32,000 bases of DNA from Halalkalibacterium halodurans. GTDB lineage: Bacteria; Bacillota; Bacilli; Bacillales; Bacillaceae_D. Where the stretch lies: NCBI RefSeq assembly GCF_004376175.1, contig NZ_SNUY01000002.1, forward strand, positions 73,051 through 105,050. Reading direction: 5' to 3'. The notes beneath the pieces are model-generated. The model did no database searches. It saw only the letters and a program-made list of their open reading frames with translations, and was not told where the DNA came from. Of the stretch, positions 24,886 to 32,000 are shown one piece after another. Numbering within the stretch: the stretch's first letter is position 1; the number at the start of each line of letters is the position of its first letter. The position numbers and the translations under genes are program-made.

Positions 24886-26232
24886 TTAATCAGTCTCCTT
24901 TAACAGATGGTTCTTTACCGTCCATTCATAAAAGTAGGCGAGCAGCTTTTTCGTCGATGGACGCACACCTACAGTTAACAACCTGTGCTGTTTAGAAGGT
25001 TTCGTGTTCGCTTCAATAATCCAAATGTGATCATTCACATCAATGGCCATATCAAGGCCAAGTTCGATCAATTGTCCGCTTGTTTCTAATGTAGCGGCAG
25101 CGTCTTTTGCCACCTGCTTCATTTTTGTCCATTGACTAGAGGCATGAGATTGATCGTACCAAGAAGAAAGGACGTCCTGCACCGTTCGAAACGTACCTCC
25201 TTGGGCAATGTTTGTGAGAAAATGGCCTGCATTTGATTGTCTAGCAACGGCAGAGACAACCTTCCAACGCCCATTCGCAGTCTTGATTAACAGAAGGCGA
25301 AAGTCAACAACAGATTCGTTTTCCCTCATTAAGGAGATTCCTTGCTGCAACATGTAGTTCTGTTTATTTTTAAAGAAAAATACACGGAGGAAGTGTTCAA
25401 CTGTTCGAAAGTGAATGACCTGCTCAGTATGACGGTGTACAATGAGTCTCTCCTCATCGAAGGAAAGCTTAAAAATCCCTTTGCCCTCTTTGCCATCTTT
25501 CGGTTTCAAAAAGGCATTTTTCCCCTCAGCGAGCAGTTGTAAGAGCGTTGCTTCATCCCATGTAGGCCATGAGGGAGGAACATGCTCACGTACCGATGGC
25601 GCATCAGCTAACAGTGTATGAACCTCCCCTTTGTCAAGAAAGCGCTCGTTCCAAATCGGAATGTGGTGGCTATGAAAACTAGCCATCATTCCTTGAACCA
25701 ACGCGCTTTTTTCGAGGCGCCGAGAGCCAATACGGTTATAGACAACATGGGGGAGAGGAACGAAAGTATCGATCCATTCGCTGTTATAGTACGTTGTAGC
25801 ATTCGCTTTTTCCATCGACCATTCAGACGGATGTATGACATAGGTCAAGCACCCTTGTTTGTTGCTATACGCGATAAACTCTTCTAAAAAGGCGGTTAAA
25901 GAGTGGCCTTCGGTTCGGGTATGGTCGCTTAAAATTGCGAAGATTGGTCCAAACCATAGCTGGTTCAATTTAGGTAAAAAAGCGATACGCCATTTTAATG
26001 ATGGTTTAAAGTAAGGGCACTGCTGAACGAGGCATTCATTTGCGAAAGCATGATCGTCATGTTCGTCATGAATCACGAGCGTTACGGAATGTTTCTCCAT
26101 ACCGATAAGCAGTTCATACTTTTCTCCACTTTCGAGCCCCCAAAGACGACAAAGGCGGCGAGGTAAGGAGATAGCAGGCACTTCGTGTAAAAGGATAGAG
26201 GACGGTTTTACGACGATAGGATAAAGGATCAT
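24886..26232 (-). CDS. YheC/YheD-family ATP-grasp protein, long form (paralog 1)
   Basis: ATP-grasp motifs are FLKPKDGKEGKGI, DFRLLLIK, NIAQGG and IWIIEANTKPS. The start is moved from 26280 to ATG 26232 (MILYPIVVKP), which has ggtggggagag 8 nt upstream. The 26280 ATG has no RBS. Confidence 0.88.
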   Translation of the reverse strand: MILYPIVVKPSSILLHEVPAISLPRRLCRLWGLESGEKYELLIGMEKHSVTLVIHDEHDDHAFANECLVQQCPYFKPSLKWRIAFLPKLNQLWFGPIFAILSDHTRTEGHSLTAFLEEFIAYSNKQGCLTYVIHPSEWSMEKANATTYYNSEWIDTFVPLPHVVYNRIGSRRLEKSALVQGMMASFHSHHIPIWNERFLDKGEVHTLLADAPSVREHVPPSWPTWDEATLLQLLAEGKNAFLKPKDGKEGKGIFKLSFDEERLIVHRHTEQVIHFRTVEHFLRVFFFKNKQNYMLQQGISLMRENESVVDFRLLLIKTANGRWKVVSAVARQSNAGHFLTNIAQGGTFRTVQDVLSSWYDQSHASSQWTKMKQVAKDAAATLETSGQLIELGLDMAIDVNDHIWIIEANTKPSKQHRLLTVGVRPSTKKLLAYFYEWTVKNHLLKETD

Positions 26233-26323
26233 TGGCAGCTCTCCCCACCTACGTGTTGCATTTTGATTCAATCTGTACAAAAATAGAGAGGAAATTCAAA
26301 GGCAAATGCCTATAGATGTAAAG

Positions 26324-26351
26324 TATACTATGAGATAGGCGCCTAATTGGT
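26324..26351 (-). promoter_or_regulatory. Candidate mother-cell-type (sigma-K/E-like) promoter of the ATP-grasp operon
   Basis: On the minus strand: AC (26351-26350), 17 nt, then CATAGTATA (26332-26324). This fits the sigma-K pattern AC-N16/17-CATAnnnTA as I recall it. It lies about 90 nt upstream of the 26232 start. Confidence 0.25.
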
Positions 26352-26375
26352 GCAACAAAGGAGTGAGAGAAACGA

Positions 26376-27515
26376 TTGAACACTGTGTGGTTGATTTTAT
26401 TTATGATCGTGATCGGAGCAGTAATCGGTGGAGTGACGAACTCACTTGCAATCAAAATGCTGTTTCGTCCTTACTCGGAAAAACGGATCGGTCGCTTTCG
26501 CCTCCCATTCACCCCAGGCCTTATCCCGAAACGACACGATGAGCTAGCGACTCAATTAGGAAGGATGGTCGTCAGCTATTTAGTGACGTCAGAAGGAATC
26601 GGAAAAAAGCTAACCGAAGCTTCCTTTACCGATAGCGTGACAGAATGGGCGAAGCGGGAAAGTCGTAAGTTCCTATCATCTGATCAATCGCTGTCTTCTA
26701 TTTTGCACCAAAACTTTCAAGTGGAGGATAGTGAGAAGCTTGTTTTACAACAAGTGGAACGTTGGCTAGAAACTAGCTACGATAGGTGGTTTCGCGAGGC
26801 AAACAGTCGGACCATCGGGATGGCGCTGCCTGAAGTGATCGTAGAAAAGGTAGAAAGGAATCTTCCAGCTATTCGCAGAATGTTGCTCACGAAGGCGAGG
26901 GATTACGTCGCTAGTGAACAAGGAAAAGCGCAACTTTCGGTCATGATTGATCGATTTCTTGAAACCCATGGAACGCTAGGCAACATGGTTTCGATGTTTT
27001 TTAGCAATGAGCGACTTGTAGACAAGCTTCACCCAGAACTGTTGAAATTTTTAAATGATCAAGAAACAGAAAAATGGCTACAAAAACTTTTGGATAACGA
27101 GTGGGAGCGCTTGAAGGAAAAGCCATTAGCCGATATCCAGCAATATGTTGAAAAAGAAGCAGTGGTCCGCATCGGACGGCAAGCCCTCCAAACGCAAGTA
27201 CCTGTAATCCAATGGCTCGGAAAGCCGCTTCATGCTTGGACAGGTCCCTATGAAGAAAAGGTGGCGGAAGAGTGGGTTCCGAAGCTTGTTCACGTGACGA
27301 TTCAATTGCTCGTCTCCCAACTGGATCATATGTTAGAGCGACTTCACTTAGAGGAAATTGTCCGCGAGCAAGTAAGTGCCTTTTCGGTCGAGCGTCTGGA
27401 AGAGCTCGTTCTTTCCATCTCACGGAAAGAGTTTAAGATGATTACATATTTAGGGGCGCTTCTTGGCGGTGGGATCGGTTTAGTTCAAAGTCTCATCATT
27501 CTGTTGATCAAGTAA
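26376..27515 (+). CDS. yheB: YheB-like DUF445-family membrane-associated protein
   Basis: The N-terminal TM segment with GGVTNSLAIKMLFRPY, and the C-terminal TM segment with ITYLGALLGGGIGLVQ, are the DUF445/YheB hallmarks. It sits divergent from the ATP-grasp genes, as in B. subtilis. The TTG start lies 12 nt after aaaggag, so the start is slightly uncertain. Confidence 0.85.
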   Translation: MNTVWLILFMIVIGAVIGGVTNSLAIKMLFRPYSEKRIGRFRLPFTPGLIPKRHDELATQLGRMVVSYLVTSEGIGKKLTEASFTDSVTEWAKRESRKFLSSDQSLSSILHQNFQVEDSEKLVLQQVERWLETSYDRWFREANSRTIGMALPEVIVEKVERNLPAIRRMLLTKARDYVASEQGKAQLSVMIDRFLETHGTLGNMVSMFFSNERLVDKLHPELLKFLNDQETEKWLQKLLDNEWERLKEKPLADIQQYVEKEAVVRIGRQALQTQVPVIQWLGKPLHAWTGPYEEKVAEEWVPKLVHVTIQLLVSQLDHMLERLHLEEIVREQVSAFSVERLEELVLSISRKEFKMITYLGALLGGGIGLVQSLIILLIK

Positions 27516-27614
27516 TGCTCGACAAAATTTAAAAAAATTGACTGGAATAGATGAATTCTAATCTCATACATGTTATAGTCGTGAAGACTATGGTTTTAGG
27601 AGGCTCACGAATTT

Positions 27615-27965
27615 ATGTCAAATGTTTATGATAAGGCACAGGAGTTAAAACAAGCGCTTGCGGAAAGCGAAGAGTTTAAGGCTCTTAAAAGTCTTCACAC
27701 TCAGATTGATCAGGACGATATTGCGAAGCGGTTATTGGAAAATTTCCGTCAGCTTCAATTGGACTTGCAACAAAAGCAAATGCAAGGTGTTCAAATTACC
27801 GAGGAAGAAGCACAAAAGGCGCAGCAGCAATTTGAACTCGTTCAACAACATGAGCTTATTTCAAAGCTAATGGAAGAAGAGCAACGACTAAGTGTGGTCA
27901 TCGGAGATTTAAATCGGATTATCACAGAGCCTCTAGAGGAAATTTACGGGAACCCGAACGAATAA
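27615..27965 (+). CDS. yheA: UPF0342 (YheA / YmcA-YlbF-like) protein
   Basis: This 116-aa helical protein begins MSNVYDKAQELKQALAESEEFKALK, has a Gln/Glu-rich middle, and ends in ITEPLEEIY, as in YheA-family proteins. RBS aggagg lies upstream and a strong terminator follows. Confidence 0.85.
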   Translation: MSNVYDKAQELKQALAESEEFKALKSLHTQIDQDDIAKRLLENFRQLQLDLQQKQMQGVQITEEEAQKAQQQFELVQQHELISKLMEEEQRLSVVIGDLNRIITEPLEEIYGNPNE

Positions 27966-27969
27966 GGTC

Positions 27970-27996
27970 AAGCCTCGCATATTGCGAGGCTTTTTA
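27970..27996 (+). terminator. Rho-independent terminator after yheA
   Basis: A perfect 10-bp stem, aagcctcgca / tgcgaggctt, with a 3-nt loop, followed by ttttt. Confidence 0.85.
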
Positions 27997-28179
27997 CTAT
28001 GAGTAAAGGTGGTAGCTGGGGGCAAAGCGCCAAACACGAAGCGACTTCAAGTGCATCCTTCTGTAAGTCAGCATAGGTCTGAAGGCTACACTGATCCTTT
28101 TATCTTCATGCTTCGGTCCAGTCACTACTTTTTTAAGCAGGCACTTTCTAACTAAAAAGAGTATATACAGTAAAAAAGG

Positions 28180-28209
28180 TTGTCATCGAGGGAAGTTTCC
28201 CGTTACAAT
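28180..28209 (+). promoter_or_regulatory. Candidate sigma-A promoter of the MATE gene, with a small palindrome in the spacer
   Basis: TTGTCA (28180-28185), an 18-nt spacer, then TACAAT (28204-28209). The spacer contains GGGAA-gt-TTCCC. Confidence 0.5.
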
Positions 28210-28287
28210 TTAAATCGTAATGATAGCGATTATAAAGGATTTGTTACGTTACATACAATCACTCAATGGTGAAGGAGTATATGATTT

Positions 28288-29642
28288 GTGGATAAAAAGA
28301 AACATTCATTAAAGACGCCCGTCATGACGCATCGGGCTTTTCTTGCTTTGGCCATTCCGCTCATCTTTTCTGCGATGACGACACCACTCATTGGTGCTGT
28401 TGACACGGCCATTGTCGGACATCTACAAGATCCTGCTCTGATCGGTGGAGTTGCGGTCGGTGCACTCATTTTTAATACGATGTATTGGTTGTTCGGTTTT
28501 TTGCGAGTAAGTACATCTGGTTTTTCAGCGCAAGCGCTCGGGAGGAAAAAAGAAGATGACATCATGCTGGCGTTTGTTCGGCCTTTTCTTCTCGCGATGT
28601 TTGTCGGGCTGTCATTTATTTTGCTACAACACCCGATAAAAAGTGCCTCGCTATTGATCATCTCTCCGCCCGAACATGTCGGGCTGTTTGCTGAGCAGTA
28701 TGTGGCGATTCGCATTTGGGGTGCCCCATTCGCCCTCATCTCCTATGTCGTGATTGGTTGGCTGATGGGTATTGGTCGGATCCGCGGAGCAGTCACTATT
28801 CAGATCGGTACTAATTTGCTAAATGTTGCCTTGATTTTCTCTTTGTTTATTGGATGCAGTGGGGAATCGGGGGTGTCGCAGCTGCAAGTTTGATTGCGGA
28901 AGTGACAGGGGCTGTCGCCGGGTGTCTATTTGTTTTACGGTGTTATTCATTTTCTGTGTTTTCTTCATTAACGCAAGTGCTCGATAAACGGCCAATTCTC
29001 CATATGCTGACCGTTAATCGTGATTTGTTTATTCGCACGATCTGTCTTCTTACTGTGTTAACGACCTTTACGTCGATAGGCGCAAGGTTTGGAGAGGTGT
29101 CGCTTGCTGCGAACGCAATTTTGCTGCAGCTTCACTATTTAATGGCATATATGTTTGACGGTGTCGCGAATGCCGCTAGTATTGTCGTGGGGCGTTCGGT
29201 CGGTGCACGAGATCGAGCGCTGTTCGAACGTGTCGTTCGTCTAGACATAGTCTGGTCCAGTGTCATTTGCTTATGGCTCGTTTGTACATTAGGGCTAATG
29301 AAGGAGCCCATCATTGCTCTTTTTACGAGCATTCCGGCTGTTCAAGCGGAAACTCTTCAGCTGTTTGGTTGGATTATGCTGTTTCCAATTGCTGGGTTTT
29401 GGGGGTTGCAGCTTCATGGGATGTTTTCAGGGGCAACCGTGGCCCGTCCGATTCGGCAATCGATGATCATCGCTATGCTCGTTTTCCTTATAAGCTGCTG
29501 GTTGTTTGTCCCATTATGGGGAAACAACGGGCTTTGGCTGTCGTTTATCGTCTTTACGATCGCCCGTTCTATGACATTACACCTGTCGTACCCTGCTTTG
29601 CAACGGTTGTTCCACGATAAGGAACGGTCCATTGGAGCATGA
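28288..29642 (+). pseudogene. dinF: MATE-family efflux transporter (DinF-like) interrupted by a frameshift
   Basis: ORFs 28288..28893 (frame 1) and 28854..29642 (frame 3) are the N- and C-halves of one MATE protein of about 450 aa. Joining ...GTNLLNVAL (frame 1) to DFLFVYWMQWGIGGVAAASLIAEV (frame 3) restores the typical N-x-x-L-D-x-x-F-V...WG-x-x-G-x-A motif. This implies one missing base near 28833 (ccttGatt where ccttGGatt is expected). Confidence 0.8.
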
Positions 29643-29781
29643 GGAGGCACTGATTTCGACAGAACCAGTCAGAAATGAATAGTATGCGGTTCTCTCTGTG
29701 CTAGTTCTATTTTTATAGAGTGGATCATAGGGTAAAGGTATAAGCCATGAACAGGTAGGAGTCCTTTAAGGGGGAATCAGC

Positions 29782-30624
29782 ATGACATACCGATTACTTG
29801 CCCTGACGATTGACAATGCTGTCCTTCGGTCGAACGGCAAAATTAGCCGACAAACGAAAGATGCGATCGATTATGTGAAGAGCAAAGGGGTATATGTAAC
29901 CATAGCAACGGAACGTCCATTTCCGGCGGCAAAAAAAGTGGCCAAATCGTTAAAGCTCGATGGATACTTGATTTCAAACAATGGGGCGTTCGTAGCGGAG
30001 GCGAGCGACCAGCCGTTATTTGCCCGGAGAATCCAACAAGAAAAAGCGATCCATTTAGTCGAGTTATTGGAGCAATTTAATTGCCACATTCGTGTATTTC
30101 ATGAATCGTATGCCGTGGGTAATCGTATGAATCAGAAAAACCATCTGATTGCAAAGATGACTGTTGGCATTGGAGATCCTTTGTTCTATCCGGTTCATTT
30201 CGTTGATACGGTAAGTGATCAGCTTCTGAAAGATCCATTTGCTCCGTTGAAAGTGCAAGCTGAATTTACAGATGACTTGGAAAAAGAGCGAGCATTGCGA
30301 GAGTTGAAGGCAGCAATCCCATCGATTACCATATCGTCAGGAGAAGAAGGGCGAATCGATATTGTGAACTATAGTGTGAGCAAAGGGAGAGCTCTGCTTC
30401 GACTTGCCCAGCATCTTGGCATCGGTCCAGAAGAAACAGTGGCTATTGGGGCTTCAAAGGCGGATGTGGAGATGGTGAGCCAAGTTGGCTTAGGAGTCGC
30501 AATGGGCAATGGAACAAAGGAAGTAAAAGAAGCGGCCCATTGGGTGACGCGCACCCACGATCAAAATGGCGTATCTTATATGGTGCGAGAAGTATTTCGC
30601 AAACAGTTACGCGTTCAATTATAA
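29782..30624 (+). CDS. yhaX: Cof-type HAD-superfamily (IIB) phosphatase, YhaX-like
   Basis: The N-terminal LALTIDNAVL occupies the position of HAD motif I (DxD), but both Asp are replaced (T-I-D-N). The sequence also shows a cap region, ISKGRALLRLAQHLGI, and the distal motif IGASKADVEMVSQVGLGVAMGNG. Its position beside hemZ matches B. subtilis yhaX. RBS aaggggga lies upstream. Confidence 0.8.
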   Translation: MTYRLLALTIDNAVLRSNGKISRQTKDAIDYVKSKGVYVTIATERPFPAAKKVAKSLKLDGYLISNNGAFVAEASDQPLFARRIQQEKAIHLVELLEQFNCHIRVFHESYAVGNRMNQKNHLIAKMTVGIGDPLFYPVHFVDTVSDQLLKDPFAPLKVQAEFTDDLEKERALRELKAAIPSITISSGEEGRIDIVNYSVSKGRALLRLAQHLGIGPEETVAIGASKADVEMVSQVGLGVAMGNGTKEVKEAAHWVTRTHDQNGVSYMVREVFRKQLRVQL

Positions 30625-30650
30625 AGTGAAACTTAAACGGTTGAACAGTT

Positions 30651-30676
30651 CCCCCTTAAGAAAGACTTAAGGGGGG
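30651..30676 (+). terminator. Hairpin terminator after the HAD hydrolase gene
   Basis: A perfect 10-bp stem, cccccttaag / cttaaggggg, with loop aaaga. The downstream sequence gcattgttgtg is only weakly T-rich. Confidence 0.6.
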
Positions 30677-30778
30677 CATTGTTGTGAGAAGATATGTAAA
30701 ATCACAGTTGATATTCTGTTTCTAGTTGGGTACACTTAGTTTGATTTTGAAAAGGATAGACATGAGGAGTTAGTGACA

Positions 30779-32000
30779 ATGAACGTTTCCATACACGGGC
30801 TTGATCGCCATTATGAACAGCAAATCACTCATTTAGCACAATTATTTATCGAAGAACCAGAGATTTTATGGGGAGAGCAAGAAGCTGATCTTCATGTTTC
30901 CTTCGAGCTTTTATCCAATCTAAAAGCACGTGCTTGTCTGAGACATGCGAGCTTAGAACAACCGCTCACGACCTTATTTTCATATCCCGAGTGGTCGATG
31001 TTTGATCGGGCGGATGAACAAAAGCTTATGAAGCGAGTCTTAAATTTTTTGTTTGTTGATGTGATGGAGCAATGGTCTGGGTTGAAGCAGCCGTGGGGCG
31101 TGTTAACAGGCGTAAGGCCGACAAAGCTTATGCACCAAATGCGCAGAGCTGGCTTAAACCGTGAACAGATAAGAAAAGAGCTGAAAGATCTTTATCGAGT
31201 CTCAGAAGAAAAAGTCGGTTTACTGGAACGGATTGTTGAGCGTCAGCTTGCCGTTCTTCCAGACTTGGACGAGCTCGATCGGGGTGTGAGTGTTTACATT
31301 GGTATTCCGTTTTGTCCGACGAAATGCGCTTACTGCACGTTCCCTGCTTACGCAATTAACGGGAAAAATGGCTCTGTAGAGGCTTTTTTAGCCGGCCTTC
31401 ATTATGAAATCGAAGCAACGGGCAAGTGGTTAACAGACCATCAAATACCCGTTACGACGGTTTATTTTGGCGGAGGGACGCCAACGAGCATTACGGCTGA
31501 GCAAATGGATGCTCTTTATGAAACGTTATATGATTCGTTCCCTGCAATGAATCAAGTACGCGAATTGACCGTTGAAGCGGGGCGACCTGATACGATTACC
31601 CCTGAAAAAATTGAAGTGTTGAAAAAGTGGAACGTTGATCGGATTAGCATCAATCCCCAATCGTTTGAAAATGAAACCTTGCAAGCGATCGGTCGTCACC
31701 ATTCGGTGGAAGAGACGATAGAAAAATACAAAATGGCTCGCGATTTAGGGATGGAGAATATTAACATGGATTTAATTATCGGGCTACCTGGAGAAGGGCC
31801 AAAGGAGATGGCTCGCTCTCTAGAAGAGACGAAGAAGCTTATGCCTGAATCGTTGACGGTTCACACGCTTTCCTTTAAGCGAGCGTCCACAATGACGAAA
31901 AACCGTGATAAATACAAGGTAGCAACTCGGGATGAAATTGCCGAGATGATGGCGATGACGAGTAGCTGGACCGAAGACCATGAATATGCCCCCTACTATT
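30779..32000 (+). CDS. hemZ: Oxygen-independent coproporphyrinogen-III oxidase-like radical SAM protein HemZ, 5' portion (runs off the window end)
   Basis: This ORF is missing from the ORF track because it has no stop within the window. My translation from ATG 30779 (RBS gaggag 9 nt upstream) gives MNVSIHGLDRHYEQQITHLAQLF... It continues with PWGVLTGVRPTKLMH and the radical-SAM cluster motif GIPFCPTKCAYCTF, then YFGGGTPTSI and ISINPQSF, and stays open to nt 32000. Confidence 0.9.
   Translation, partial: MNVSIHGLDRHYEQQITHLAQLFIEEPEILWGEQEADLHVSFELLSNLKARACLRHASLEQPLTTLFSYPEWSMFDRADEQKLMKRVLNFLFVDVMEQWSGLKQPWGVLTGVRPTKLMHQMRRAGLNREQIRKELKDLYRVSEEKVGLLERIVERQLAVLPDLDELDRGVSVYIGIPFCPTKCAYCTFPAYAINGKNGSVEAFLAGLHYEIEATGKWLTDHQIPVTTVYFGGGTPTSITAEQMDALYETLYDSFPAMNQVRELTVEAGRPDTITPEKIEVLKKWNVDRISINPQSFENETLQAIGRHHSVEETIEKYKMARDLGMENINMDLIIGLPGEGPKEMARSLEETKKLMPESLTVHTLSFKRASTMTKNRDKYKVATRDEIAEMMAMTSSWTEDHEYAPYY

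Noticed and set aside
27001-27423. 140-aa minus-strand ORF inside yheB
   Set aside because: It is antisense to the conserved DUF445 frame. It has an Arg/Pro/Ala-rich shadow composition and no translation signals.
28263-28739. 158-aa minus-strand ORF inside the MATE gene
   Set aside because: It is antisense to a clearly homologous transporter reading frame and has no RBS. Its composition is typical of an antisense shadow ORF.
28826-28840. Programmed -1 ribosomal frameshift as the explanation for the split MATE gene
   Set aside because: There is no X-XXY-YYZ slippery heptamer at the junction (gccttgattttc) and no obvious downstream stimulatory hairpin. A simple 1-nt deletion or a sequencing error is more parsimonious.
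1-32000. Search for CRISPR arrays, IS elements/transposases, integrases, tRNA/rRNA genes, toxin-antitoxin pairs or known defence genes
   Set aside because: I could see no repeat-spacer periodicity, no long terminal inverted repeats, and no recombinase-like or nuclease/helicase defence-type ORFs. Every long ORF has a metabolic, transport or sporulation-related assignment.

Overview
This window reads as ordinary Bacillaceae chromosome. There are about 29 protein-coding genes and no rRNA, tRNA, CRISPR array, transposase, integrase or phage gene that I can see. From my memory of the B. subtilis 168 map, the backbone is collinear with the yheI/yheH ... sspB-yheE-yheD-yheC-yheB-yheA ... yhaX-hemZ region. 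In order, the window holds a heterodimeric ABC exporter (631..4200), an alpha/beta-type SASP, YheE, YheC/D-type ATP-grasp proteins, YheB, YheA, a Cof-type HAD hydrolase and the 5' part of hemZ. Two blocks sit inside this backbone. The first has an aminotransferase, an NSS transporter, isoaspartyl dipeptidase iadA, and a tightly coupled 8-gene leucine/isovalerate catabolic operon (8693..18259). That operon is yngJ-I-H-HB-G-F-E-like, extended by an acetoacetyl-CoA-synthetase-like ligase. The second block has a small Cys-rich protein, msmX and a PucR-type regulator. The window starts inside a ferritin-like gene. The least understood part, and my best candidate for an undescribed system, is the minus-strand operon at 21574..26232. 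It has three translationally coupled YheC/YheD-family ATP-grasp ligase paralogs, all keeping catalytic motifs. They are followed by a degenerate GNAT-fold ORF and small proteins, next to spore-associated genes. Other points are a MATE (dinF-like) gene split by an apparent 1-nt deletion, an asymmetric (one degenerate ATP site) ABC heterodimer, and several candidate regulatory elements. All functional calls come from motif and family recognition by eye. No database search was run.
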